Assembly: GCA_003569125.1 (NCBI GenBank)
Contig: BGOG01000003.1
Location: forward strand, 49,315-113,314
DNA from: Acidimicrobiaceae bacterium
Lineage (GTDB): Bacteria > Actinomycetota > Acidimicrobiia > Acidimicrobiales > Ilumatobacteraceae
DNA: 64,000 nt
Reading direction: 5' to 3'
The notes beneath the pieces were generated by a model. It did no database searches. It was not told the origin of the DNA and saw only the letters and a program-made list of their open reading frames with translations. The position numbers and the translations under genes were made by a program. Of the stretch, positions 44,975 to 54,993 are shown in pieces; position 1 is the stretch's first letter; every line of letters begins with the position of its first letter.

Positions 44975-46195
44975 TTACTCTAAGATCGCCGACACCCTAG
45001 ATGCGATCGCGTCACCAATCGCCAAAGATGCGGTCGCCGCAGGAGACGGAGCATTGCAAACGTGCACCACTCGACCGATTTGCCTAATTTCAAAGTCATC
45101 CAACAAACTTCCTGCACGACTACAGGCTTGAGCTCGAACACCGGCACCAGTGGGTTGCAGATCATCCACAGTGATTTCTGGCACAAGTTTTTGCAGCGCG
45201 CTGACAAAAGCACGTTTGCTGAATGATCGGTGATATTCGCCAAGACCCGTGCGCCAGTATTTGAGGGCGATTTTTCTGAAACCTGGCCATGCCAAAGTTT
45301 CTGCGAATTCACGGATCGAAATATCGGTCTTGCGGTAACCCTCACGGGCAAAAGCCAAAACTGCATTCGGGCCGCATTCAATGGTGCCATCGACACGTCT
45401 CGTGAAGTGCACACCCAAAAATGGAAAATTCGGATCGGGAACAGGATAAATCAAATTACGAACAAGATGCTTTGCTGATTCTTTCAATTCAAAATATTCA
45501 CCACGAAATGGGATGATTCGCAGATCAAGTTCTGGTTGGGTCTGCATCGCAAGCCGATCAGAATGCAATCCTCCACATGTTATTAACGCTCGTGTCGTGA
45601 ATTGCTGATGCGCCGTTGAAACCAAAACCGTATTTGATGATTCTTTGATTTCTATTACTTCACTGTTCATCAGAACTTGCCCGCCGAAGTTTTGAATCCG
45701 CTCGGCAAGACGTTTTACGACCACGCCGTAGTCAACGATGCCCGTTTGTGGAACGAATAAGCCATCGATGCCGGTGCAATGCGGCTCAATTTCAATTATT
45801 TCTGTTTTGCTTAGCCGACGAATGCCGGCCAATCCATTTTGTTCACCACGCTGCCGAAGCATTTCAAGTTGTGAACGCTCTTGCTCTGATAATGCGACGA
45901 CGATCTTTCCACAAATTTCGTGGGCAATATCATGCTCGCGACAAAATTGAAGCAGTTTCGCGTAGCCCTCAATGCAGTTTTTTGCCTTCAGCGAACCGGG
46001 TTTGTAGTAGAGACCAGAGTGAATTACTCCACTGTTATGACCTGTTTGGTGCGCACCAAGTGACGTTTCTTTTTCTAGAACAACTAATTTTAAGTTTGGA
46101 TCGGCCGTGAGCAACGAGTTTGCAGTTGCGAGTCCGACGATTCCACCACCAACAATTACGACATCAAGTCGAGAATCTCGCGTCGCTTCGGTCAT
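44975..46195 (-). CDS. lhgO: FAD-dependent L-2-hydroxyglutarate oxidase-like enzyme
   Basis: 406 aa. From memory it is collinear with E. coli LhgO: VVIVGGGIVGLA, HQTGHNSGVIHSGLYYKPGSLKA, IPFRGEYFEL, IYPVPDPNFPFLGVHFTR, NAPSPAATASL. Confidence 0.8.
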   Translation of the reverse strand: MTEATRDSRLDVVIVGGGIVGLATANSLLTADPNLKLVVLEKETSLGAHQTGHNSGVIHSGLYYKPGSLKAKNCIEGYAKLLQFCREHDIAHEICGKIVVALSEQERSQLEMLRQRGEQNGLAGIRRLSKTEIIEIEPHCTGIDGLFVPQTGIVDYGVVVKRLAERIQNFGGQVLMNSEVIEIKESSNTVLVSTAHQQFTTRALITCGGLHSDRLAMQTQPELDLRIIPFRGEYFELKESAKHLVRNLIYPVPDPNFPFLGVHFTRRVDGTIECGPNAVLAFAREGYRKTDISIREFAETLAWPGFRKIALKYWRTGLGEYHRSFSKRAFVSALQKLVPEITVDDLQPTGAGVRAQACSRAGSLLDDFEIRQIGRVVHVCNAPSPAATASLAIGDAIASRVSAILE

Positions 46196-46212
46196 TTCTT
46201 AGTGCTGCTCGT

Positions 46213-47971
46213 TTAACCACTTCGTCGAAAAGTGCCCTGTTCGGTCAAACGCGAATCTTCAATTCGATACAGGCGATCGCAATATTCAACCGTGCTGAGT
46301 CGGTGAGCGACGATGATCACCGTTTTAGAACCTTGTAACGCCTGCACTGCCTGCATCACGCCGTGTTCGGTTGGCGTATCTAGAGAACTGGTTGCTTCGT
46401 CGAGAACCAAGACACTTGGGTTGTGATATAGCGCTCGTGCGATTCCGATTCGTTGTCGTTGTCCGCCAGAAAGTCGAACCCCACGCTCGCCCACGACCGT
46501 GCCGAGTTTCTCTGGCAACGACGACACGAACTCTTCAAGTTGTGCAAGGCGGATTGCGGCGACGACTGCTTGCTCATCAATATTCTCGTCGCCGAGACCA
46601 AACGCCACATTACGACGCAAAGTGTCGTCGGTCAGATAAATAGTTTGCGGCACGTAGCCGATTTGGTTTTGCCAATTTCTCAGGTTGTCTTGGATGTCAT
46701 CACCGTCAACTAATACGGTGCCCGATGTCGGCGCGAAGAGCCCAAGAATTACGTCGACGAGCGTACTCTTACCAGCACCACTTGGCCCAACGAATCCAAC
46801 TGCCTCACCACGACGCACGACTAACGAAACGTCTTGCAGAGAGGGTCTGACCGCAGTCGGGTATTGAAAGCCAAGATTCTTAAGTTCTAGTTGGTCTTTT
46901 GAACGGTATGACGGTCTTATTTTCCGGCGTATCGGGCGCATCGAGTTTGAAGTCTTCGTAAACGGAACTAATAATTGCGCGACTAAAAATTAGCGTCTGC
47001 AGAGAACCAAGCAGACGATTGATCGACGGCATGACTCGAAATGCTGCTGCCGCAAACAAGCCGAGCGTCGGAATTATCTCGGTGAATGATTGTTTTTGCA
47101 GAACCATACTGATGACCAGTGCGCTCAACCCGGTGATCGTGAGGATCTCCATCCAAACTCGTGGCACGCTCTGCAGCACCGTGTAAACACGACTAATTCG
47201 CAAACTTTCGTTGAGATGTTTTTCGTGCTGTGCAAGAAATTCGCTTTCGCGACCAAGGATCTTGACGTCTTTTGCACCTCCTAGGCCTTGCTGAAGATGT
47301 TGCAGAATCATTCCGTCATGGGTATTTTTCTCGTCACCCCATTTATCGATTCGCTTTTTTGTTAATTTTTGAAATGTCAATGCCCCCGCGCCAAAAGTAA
47401 CAATCGTGATCAAAGTACCGACCGGTTCAATCACGATCAAAAGTGTGAACAAGGCGATTGCGACCAGCCCGTCGGTGAGAAGAACCAGTGTCGGATCAAT
47501 TCCGCCTGACACGACGACATTCGCATTGCGCGAATTTCGCATCAATGTCGACGAGTTGTGTTGCAAGTGAAACATATATGGTTGCCGCAAATAAATCGTA
47601 AATAGCCGCTGCGATAGTCGCCCCGATAGAGATGCGCTGAAACCTTTTTGAATCCACGAACTCCAGAGCAGAAAAATACTTCGCACGATGTATACGACGA
47701 CCATCAGCACCATCACAAAAATGATCAGATCTTCACGAGTCGGCGAACCTAACCAGTCGCTCAGCCACTTGTACTTTGATTCGTAATTATCTTGGGTAAG
47801 AATCGCCACGACCGGCACGACGATTCCGAGGCTTAAAGTTTCAAGAACCATGCCAACCAGAATGAGAAAGATGATTCCGATTAGGGTCCTACGCTCTGTC
47901 GCAGTCAGCAATCGCCACACAACAAACGAGTTGCGCGACTTTGAATCTGCTTGGTTCATACGATCTTTCAC
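46213..47971 (-). CDS. ABC exporter, fused TMD-NBD half-transporter (MsbA/PglK type; reading frame broken once)
   Basis: ORF 46880-47971 is a 6-TM exporter domain. ORF 46213-46941 is the NBD, with Walker A GPSGAGKST, signature LSGGQRQR and Walker B VLVLDEATS. They join as ...VIPFKDQLELKNLGFQYP if the tttt run at 46897-46900 is one base too long. Confidence 0.85.
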
Positions 47972-47998
47972 CTTACTCGCAACTTATTTTTCAATTTG

Positions 47999-48072
47999 TA
48001 GCGACGATCGGACTCGAACCGATGACCTTCCGATTATGAGCCGGATGCTCTAACCAACTGAGCTACGTCGCC
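47999..48072 (-). tRNA. tRNA with CAT anticodon (elongator Met, or Ile2 if lysidine-modified)
   Basis: Minus-strand read: GGCGACGTAGCTCAGTTGGTTAGAGCATCCGGCTCATAATCGGAAGGTCATCGGTTCGAGTCCGATCGTCGCTA. It lacks initiator features. No encoded CCA. Confidence 0.85.
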
Positions 48073-48083
48073 TTGTATTACCG

Positions 48084-48156
48084 AGCCCTCTGTGGGAATC
48101 GAACCCACCACCTCTTCCTTACCATGGAAGTGCTCTACCGAATGAGCTAAGAGGGC
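48084..48156 (-). tRNA. tRNA-Thr (anticodon GGT)
   Basis: Minus-strand read: GCCCTCTTAGCTCATTCGGTAGAGCACTTCCATGGTAAGGAAGAGGTGGTGGGTTCGATTCCCACAGAGGGCT. Confidence 0.9.
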
Positions 48157-48240
48157 GAACAACTGCTCGGATTCACCCTCACAGATTTCGCCTTCAATAT
48201 AGCGGGAAGTGACGATGCCTCGAAAGATAGTGTTTTAATA

Positions 48241-48762
48241 ATGTCAACATTGACGATTCGTGAAGCCAAGAGCGAAGATGCTCAGGCGATTCAAGCGATT
48301 TACAACCACGAAGTCGAAAATGAAACGTCAACAATGGATCTTGTACCGCGCACACTTGAAATTCAGCGCGAGTGGATAGCCGCACGCAGTGGTGCATTCT
48401 GCGCAATCGTCGCAGTTGACTCGGCTGGCACGGTTTTAGGTTTCGGTGCACTCAGTGAATACAAAGACCGAACTGGTTATCGCTCGACCGTAGAAAATTC
48501 TGTTTATGTTCGCCGAGATGTCGCGCGCCGCGGCATCGGACGCCAAATACTCACGCATCTAGTTGACGTCGCGACAGTTTCTGGGTTTCACACCGTCATT
48601 GCGAGAATTGAGTCAACGAGCGTCGCATCTCGAAACTTGCACGAAGCCTGCGGTTTCAAACTTGTTGGCATTGAGCAGCAAGTCGCCCGAAAATTCGGCA
48701 AGTGGCTAGATATTGCGGTGATGCAAATTATCTTGCAAGAAAACCCGCAAGCATTGAAGTAG
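48241..48762 (+). CDS. GNAT N-acetyltransferase (phosphinothricin/methionine-sulfoximine acetyltransferase-like)
   Basis: 173 aa. The acetyl-CoA motif is VRRDVARRGIGRQIL. Overall pattern resembles PAT-type GNATs (from memory). Confidence 0.75.
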   Translation: MSTLTIREAKSEDAQAIQAIYNHEVENETSTMDLVPRTLEIQREWIAARSGAFCAIVAVDSAGTVLGFGALSEYKDRTGYRSTVENSVYVRRDVARRGIGRQILTHLVDVATVSGFHTVIARIESTSVASRNLHEACGFKLVGIEQQVARKFGKWLDIAVMQIILQENPQALK

Positions 48763-48774
48763 CCGACAAAATAA

Positions 48775-49604
48775 CTAGTTTCTGAACACCCAACGCGAGG
48801 CAAAGCGACGGGCCCATGTGCGAATAAACATTTAAGGCGTCCTTTCTCAGAGTCAAGTCTCGTCACAATATTTGGATGCTTGGCGCGCATCCTCAAATTG
48901 AAGTCGTACATCATTTCAAACTGCTGATTTGAAAGTTCACGTCCCCAAGAATTGCTGTTGACTCGAAATGCAGAGAGCACCTTTCCCAGCGCGAGACCGT
49001 TTCCGACTTCTAACAGACTCACCCACATATCCAGGTCAATCGCAAATGCACCATGAAAGCAGCCGGCTTTTAGAAATGACTGTTTTCTAAAAGTCACGGC
49101 CATCGGTTGCCCAATTGGATTGCCCCCACTTCGAACGATTTGGGGCAAAAGATCACTCAGCGAATATTTTCGATTAGGAAAATCACTCCTGATTGGATCC
49201 CACATATATTTGCCACTCGCCGTGACTAAGTCTCGCGTATGAAAGCAAAACGAACAATCAGAGTTATCGCCATTGGTTAAGGCGGCTACTTCACTCGCCA
49301 AACAGCCTTCATAGATGATGTCGTCCTGACAAAGCAGTTTTATTAGATCGCCCCGAGCAATAGCAACAGCGTGGTTCCAATTTGATTCTGAGCCGACTCT
49401 TTGCAAACGATCAATTTTCGTTATCCGCTCATCTTTGAAACTTTCAATAATTTTCACCGTGTCGTCGGTTGACCCATCGTCAGAAACAACTATTTCAAAA
49501 TCTAGATAAGTCTGATTCAGAACGCTTTTTATCGTCTCCGCAATGAACTCTGCGCCGTTGTAGGTCGGTATACAAACAGAGATAACTGGAGTTTTTATCG
49601 GCAT
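48775..49604 (-). CDS. Family 2 glycosyltransferase, tandem paralogue A (reading frame broken near the 3' end)
   Basis: ISVCIPTYNGAEFIAETIKSVLNQTY.DFEIVVSDDGSTDDT. Paralogue B has aaaa where A has aaa (48826-48828). Restoring that base gives ...KCFIRTWARRFASRWVFRN* ending at 48775. Otherwise the gene reads into the convergent GNAT. Confidence 0.85.
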
Positions 49605-49705
49605 AACTATTGTTTACCTGTTGTCAAAATTTTGGAATTCCTGAAGTCTAACTAATCTACGGACTCGACTTAGGCGGGCAATGGTCTCGACCGAAAAACA
49701 AGTAA

Positions 49706-50545
49706 CTAGTTTCTGAACACCCAACGCGATGCAAAGCGACGGGCGAATGTTCGAATAAAACATTTCAAGCGTCCTTTCTCAGAGTCAAGTCTCGTCACAA
49801 TATTTGGATGTTTGGCGCGCATTTTTAGATTGAAGTCATACATCATTCTGAATTGCTTTTTTGATAACTCAATCCCCCATGAATCGCCGTTGACTCGAAA
49901 CGCTGACAGCACTTCTCCCAAAGCAAGGCCGTTACCGTTTTCTAAGAGTTTCACCCACATATCTAGGTCGATTACAAATTCGCCAATAAATGGACTTGAT
50001 TTTTCGAATGATTCCGACCTGAAGGTGACGGCCATCGGTTGCCCGATTGGGTTTCCGCCACTTCGGACGATACGTGGAAGCAACTCACTGATCGAATACT
50101 TCCCTGCACGAAAGGAGCTCTTAATCGGATCCCACACGTGTCTGCCATTTTCGGTAATTAGATTTCTCGTGTGAAAACAAAATGAACAATCGGCATTAGA
50201 CGGCTCACTCAAAGCCTTGACTTCTTTTTCCAAACAGCCCGAAAAAATTACATCATCTTGACACAACAGTTTTATTAAGCCCGCGCTAGCGAGCCGAACC
50301 GCGTTGTTCCAGTTATCGGCAGGTGACACTGGCTGGAGGCAATCGATTTTTGTAATACGAGGGTCGTTAAAATTTTTAATAATTTGTACGGTGTCGTCGG
50401 TTGAACCATTATCCGAAATGACAATTTCAAAATCTTGAAACGTCTGATTTAGAACGCTTTTGATGGTCTCGCTAATGTGTTTTGAACCGTTATGCGTCGG
50501 GATACAAATAGAAATAACCGGATCTTTATTTGACATTGACTTCAC
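49706..50545 (-). CDS. Family 2 glycosyltransferase, tandem paralogue B
   Basis: 279 aa. ISICIPTHNGSKHISETIKSVLNQTFQDFEIVISDNGSTDDT. Collinear with paralogue A. Confidence 0.85.
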   Translation of the reverse strand: MKSMSNKDPVISICIPTHNGSKHISETIKSVLNQTFQDFEIVISDNGSTDDTVQIIKNFNDPRITKIDCLQPVSPADNWNNAVRLASAGLIKLLCQDDVIFSGCLEKEVKALSEPSNADCSFCFHTRNLITENGRHVWDPIKSSFRAGKYSISELLPRIVRSGGNPIGQPMAVTFRSESFEKSSPFIGEFVIDLDMWVKLLENGNGLALGEVLSAFRVNGDSWGIELSKKQFRMMYDFNLKMRAKHPNIVTRLDSEKGRLKCFIRTFARRFASRWVFRN

Positions 50546-50595
50546 CCTCTTGATTTTGACATTGAAAGCAACATTGAAGCTGCAGATCTAACAAA

Positions 50596-50681
50596 TGGTG
50601 GGCCGGGAAGGATTTGAACCTTCGTAGGCGTAAACCGGCAGATTTACAGTCTGCTCCCTTTGGCCGCTCGGGCACCGACCC
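50596..50681 (-). tRNA. tRNA-Tyr (anticodon GTA), long variable arm, CCA encoded
   Basis: Minus-strand read: GGGTCGGTGCCCGAGCGGCCAAAGGGAGCAGACTGTAAATCTGCCGGTTTACGCCTACGAAGGTTCAAATCCTTCCCGGCCCACCA. Closely parallels E. coli tRNA-Tyr. Confidence 0.9.
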
Positions 50682-50731
50682 CACATCATTTGACACCGAC
50701 GCTACCCTACCTCTTTAGGTATCGTTTCCCC

Positions 50732-51219
50732 ATGCCAAGTTTCGACATCGTTTCCGAAGTTGACCGCCAAGAATTACGAAACGCAATTGACCAGGCGCAA
50801 CGAGAACTCGCGAATCGCTACGACTTCAAAGACACTAATTCTGAAATTGAACAGAAAGATCTGATACTCACCCTGCGCACTTCGAGCGAAGACCGTCTTC
50901 GAGCGCTCAAAGTTTACTTGAAGAACGCTTTGTCAAGCGAAATATTTCTTTGAAAAGTTTGGACTGGGGAAAAATCGAACAAGCCACGGGAGAAAGTGTC
51001 CGCCAAGTCGTGACGATCAAAGTTGGCGTACCCGCCGACAAAGCCCGTGAAATCAATAAGTTGATCAAAGAGAAAGCGCCGAAGGGTGTGGGCGGTCAAA
51101 CCCAAGGCGACCAACTTCGCGTCACAGCAAAAAAACGAGACGATTTACAAGAAACAATGGCGATGCTGCGTGGTGCCAATTTAGACTTGCCATTGCAATT
51201 TATAAATTTTCGCGACTAA
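50732..51219 (+). CDS. yajQ: YajQ-family nucleotide-binding protein (reading frame broken once)
   Basis: [33 protein letters not shown]... and ...[37 protein letters not shown]. The two ORFs join as ...[24 protein letters not shown] if the ttt run at 50913-50915 is one base short. Start set to ATG 50732, because the longer ORF overlaps tRNA-Tyr. Confidence 0.85.
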
Positions 51220-53168
51220 TCTTCAGTTGGTGACTCGGTCGCGCGGCGTTGCAGTTCACTGACCACAGATGCGTCTGCAAGGGTCGTCGTATCTCCGATG
51301 TTGCGGCCCTCGGCGACATCGCGCAACAACCGTCGCATGATTTTTCCGCTGCGAGTTTTTGGTAAGTCAGGCGTAAAAAAAATCATCTTGGGTTTAGCGA
51401 TCGGGCCGATCTCTTTGGCGACATGTTCACGAAGAACTTGTTCGTCAACTTCAAGACCACCACGCAGAGTTACATAAGCGATAATCGCTTGACCCGTCAT
51501 TGCATCATTTGCGCCGACGACTGCCGCCTCGGCAACACTCGGGTGTGAAACCAGTGCAGACTCGACTTCGGTTGTTGAAATTCGATGTCCCGAAACATTC
51601 ATCACATCATCGACACGACCAAGCAACCATAGATAACCGTCACTGTCTAGCTTGGCGCCGTCACCCGCAAAATATCGGCCAGGAAACTTGCTCCAGTAAG
51701 TTTCTCGATATCGCTGTTGATCTTTCCAAATGCCGCGCAACATGCCCGGCCAAGGAGTTGTCAAAGTCAAATATCCACCACCAGACATCACACGGTTACC
51801 TTGTTCGTCGACAAGTTCGGCTCCGATACCCGGCAACGGAAACGTCGCCGAACCAGGTTTCGTGACCGTCACACCTGGCAACGGCGTAATCATCATCCCG
51901 CCAGTTTCGGTTTGCCACCAAGTATCGATAATCGGACATCGCGAACCGCCAATATTTTCGTTGTACCAAATCCAGGCTTCAGGATTTATCGGCTCACCAA
52001 CCGTGCCGATTAATCGCAGTGAGTTCAAATTATGCTTGGCTGGTTCTTGTGCACCCCACTTCATGTAGGTGCGAATTGCAGTCGGCGCGGTGTAAAAAAT
52101 AGTTGCTTTATATTTTTCGATAATTTGCCAAATGCGATCGTTGGCCGGAAAATTTGGCACTCCTTCATACATAATTTGTGTCGCGCAATTCGCAAGAGGA
52201 CCGTAGACGATGTAACTGTGACCTGTAACCCAACCGACATCGGCCGTGCACCAAAAAATATCGGTCTCGGGTTTGTGATCAAAGACGTATTTGAATGTTG
52301 TCGTGACATGTGCCAAATAGCCAGCGGTTGTATGCATGATGCCTTTTGGCTTGCCGGTCGTGCCAGAGGTGTATAGCAAGAAAAGTAAATGTTCGGCTTC
52401 CATTGGTTCGGCCGCACAAACTGCATCGGCCGTCGACATTGCTTCGTGATACCAGACATCTCGTCCCGGGGTCATTGAAATTTCGTTATTACCGCGCTTG
52501 ACGACAACTACGTGTTTGATTGTCGTTGTTGTTTTCAATGCCTCGTCGGCTTGAGATTTAAGTGGAAACACTTCTCCGCGCCGCCAACCACCGTCCGCGG
52601 TGATCAAGAGTTTTGCTTCGGCATCATTAATTCGATCAGACAAGGCCTGCGCGGAGAACCCGCCAAAAACAACGCTATGTGCCGCGCCGATTCGAGCACA
52701 CGCCAGCATTGCCACTGCAGCCTCAGGAATCATCGGTAGATAAATATTCACCCGATCACCTTTTTCGACACCGAGACTTTTTAAAACATTGGCGAATTTT
52801 TGCACTTCATCCAATAGTTGTGCATACGTAATCGTGCGTGAATCGCCAGGCTCACCTTCCCAAAAGAATGCAACTTTGTCGCCTCGACCCGCGATCACAT
52901 GTCGGTCAAGACAGTTATGGGAAACGTTCAGTGTTCCGTCGCTGAACCACTCGGAGTATGGAAGATCCCACTCAAGAGTTTTCGTAAAAGGTCGTGACCA
53001 TGTGAGTAGCTCTCTGGCGTGACGAGCCCAGTATTCGGAGAAATCTCGCTCGCCTTCTTGATACAAACTCTGGTCGGAGATAATTGCCGAAGATTTAAAT
53101 TCAGCCGACGGCGGAAACTTTCGTTGCTCATAGGAAAGTGCGTCAATTGCGCTAGATTCTTGGTTCAT
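51216..53168 (-). CDS. acs: Acetyl-CoA synthetase
   Basis: 650 aa. [60 protein letters not shown]. Confidence 0.95.
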   Translation of the reverse strand: MNQESSAIDALSYEQRKFPPSAEFKSSAIISDQSLYQEGERDFSEYWARHARELLTWSRPFTKTLEWDLPYSEWFSDGTLNVSHNCLDRHVIAGRGDKVAFFWEGEPGDSRTITYAQLLDEVQKFANVLKSLGVEKGDRVNIYLPMIPEAAVAMLACARIGAAHSVVFGGFSAQALSDRINDAEAKLLITADGGWRRGEVFPLKSQADEALKTTTTIKHVVVVKRGNNEISMTPGRDVWYHEAMSTADAVCAAEPMEAEHLLFLLYTSGTTGKPKGIMHTTAGYLAHVTTTFKYVFDHKPETDIFWCTADVGWVTGHSYIVYGPLANCATQIMYEGVPNFPANDRIWQIIEKYKATIFYTAPTAIRTYMKWGAQEPAKHNLNSLRLIGTVGEPINPEAWIWYNENIGGSRCPIIDTWWQTETGGMMITPLPGVTVTKPGSATFPLPGIGAELVDEQGNRVMSGGGYLTLTTPWPGMLRGIWKDQQRYRETYWSKFPGRYFAGDGAKLDSDGYLWLLGRVDDVMNVSGHRISTTEVESALVSHPSVAEAAVVGANDAMTGQAIIAYVTLRGGLEVDEQVLREHVAKEIGPIAKPKMIFFTPDLPKTRSGKIMRRLLRDVAEGRNIGDTTTLADASVVSELQRRATESPTED

Positions 53169-53219
53169 GTTCAGTGCCTTTTACTATGCGGTATCTGCTC
53201 GACAATAATCTCACACTAG

Positions 53220-54043
53220 ATGAAACCACCACAAATCACCGTCGCGATGCCTGTCTACAACGGTGAAGGCTACGTGCACTTGGCGATTCAGTCGGTTCTC
53301 AACCAAACATATCCTGATTTTGAATTGCTTATCGTTGACAACTGTTCAACTGATCAAACTTTAGAAGTTGTCAGGACGTTTTCGGACCAGCGAATCCGTC
53401 TGCATATCAACCCGACCAATCTAGGAATGGTCGGCAATTGGAATAAGTCAATTGAATTGGCGACCGGCGAATACATTAAATTTTTGAGCCACGATGATCT
53501 TTTGGACTCCACTTGTTTAGAAGAACAAATAATGGATTCTTCCAACATGAACAAGAAAATATTGGCATTGTGACCTGCAAGAAAAGAGTTATTAACGAAA
53601 GTGGTAACAAAGTGATGCCGGGGCTTGGCTTGCGTGGACAAAGCAGATTGATTTCTGGACATATCGCAACACGAAAATCAATCAGATCTGGCCGAAACAT
53701 TATTGGCGAGCCCTCTGTTGTACTTGTAAAAACAAGTGCCCTAAAAGCAGTGGGACAATTTGAACTGCCTGAATTCACCCCTGACATAAAGATGTGGTTC
53801 AAAATTTTGCAACAATACGATTTATATTTTATTGACAAAACTCTGGCGAGTTATCGTATTTCTGGGCAGTCGACAAGTTCGTCTGTTGCAAAGACGCAAG
53901 GATCACAGTTTGTTCTGCTTATCGAAGAAATTATGAAAACTGACTCGACAATTTCAGGTAAGGTGACCGCGAGAATTGGGTCGTTTCGAAGTCACCTCAA
54001 TTCTCATCTTCGCAGAATCATCACACGAATTTCATCTAACTAA
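53220..54043 (+). CDS. Family 2 glycosyltransferase (reading frame broken once)
   Basis: ITVAMPVYNGEGYVHLAIQSVLNQTYPDFELLIVDNCSTD...FLSHDD. ORFs 53220-53573 and 53513-54043 join near 53527-53532 (...CLEEQINGFFQHEQENIGIVTC...). Confidence 0.8.
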
Positions 54044-54944
54044 TTAGTGACCAAGTAACGACTTCAGGCCTGTTTCTAGATCAATCAGTGGGTCATAGTT
54101 AGGCAATTTTTTTAGACCTTCTATTGGCGCGTAGATCTCTCGCTTGCGGTCACGTAAAGCATCAAATGTGCAACACATTGGTTTACCCGATAATTGCTCA
54201 ATTTTCGCGACCAACTTACGAACCGAAATGTTTTCGGTGGGTGGTATTTGAACTCGCCAAACTTCCTTAGACACAATTGACTGATGATCCTGGATGACTT
54301 GAAAAATGCCGCGAGCTGTATCTGTGACGTGCATCAACGACATGTTCTGGCGCCCGCTTCCAAGGCTCAAATTATCGGTCGACCCAACATGCGAAACGAG
54401 TAAATCTATTAACTTTCGTCTGACGTCGTTTGGGCCATATGTGTCACCAATTGTGATATCGGCAACTTTCAATAATTCAGATTCGGCATAAAAATCAAGG
54501 ACTTTCAAAAAAGACTCTTTTGTCGCACCGTACAGAGACAACGGAGAATAATCTCTGCTTTCAAAGCGTTGAAACAGTGTTGAAATATTTATCACGGTTG
54601 AACTCGGCTTTGCGCGAGAAAGCGCGTCAATCAACCGCGCAGGGAAATGAATATTTGACTCAAATAATTTGAAACATCCTCTGCCGAGTGAAGATTTGAA
54701 TAGTGCGCCGCTAGATGAACGACAACGACTGGTCCGTCAATTTTGTAAAAAATTCTATAAATTCGTTTACAGTTGCGTTGCTGTCAACTGAAGCAATTTC
54801 ATCTGCATGAAGATTTGATGGTGCAGCGGTGACGCTTCGACAAATAGCAACGATCGAGTGATTTGATTTTCTGATCTCTTCGACGACATGTCGTCCTAAA
54901 AACCCTGAAGCACCGGTCATCACGACTGTCAGGTCTGAACTCAT
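54044..54944 (-). CDS. NAD-dependent epimerase/dehydratase-family SDR (reading frame broken twice)
   Basis: The N-terminal segment has VVMTGASGFLGRHVV (54711-54944). A middle segment appears only in a third frame (IDGPVVVVHLAAHYSNLHSAEDVSNYL). The C-terminal segment is 54044-54634 (YGATK = YxxxK). Breaks are at the tttt run 54741-54744 and near 54657-54663. Confidence 0.7.
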
Positions 54945-54993
54945 TTCAACTAGTCTAAATGCCCTTGCACCAACTGGTCAGAAAGATTCAAAT

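Noticed and set aside
29202-48156. tRNA-flanked island as a classical integrative mobile element.
   Set aside because: No integrase, excisionase, transposase or conjugation genes are present. I found no duplicated tRNA 3' fragment at the distal border. I therefore call it a flexible glycan island, not a mobile_element feature.
47972-48240. Search for rpmG (L33), which normally accompanies tRNA-Met/Thr and tRNA-Trp in this neighbourhood.
   Set aside because: The gaps here (27 nt, 11 nt and 84 nt) and at 29090-29336 are too short for a ~55-aa gene, so it is not annotated. The ORF track omits ORFs under 60 aa, so its absence elsewhere in the window was judged only by eye.
48588-48774. 3' extension of the GT2 ORF that overlaps the convergent GNAT gene by 175 nt.
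   Set aside because: Comparison with the tandem paralogue shows a one-base homopolymer difference at 48826-48828. The repaired frame stops at 48775 with the same C-terminus (ARRFASRWVFRN) as the paralogue.
50660-50731. N-terminal extension of the yajQ ORF (MAARAPTPHHL...).
   Set aside because: It overlaps tRNA-Tyr on the opposite strand. The canonical YajQ N-terminus [11 protein letters not shown] begins at ATG 50732.
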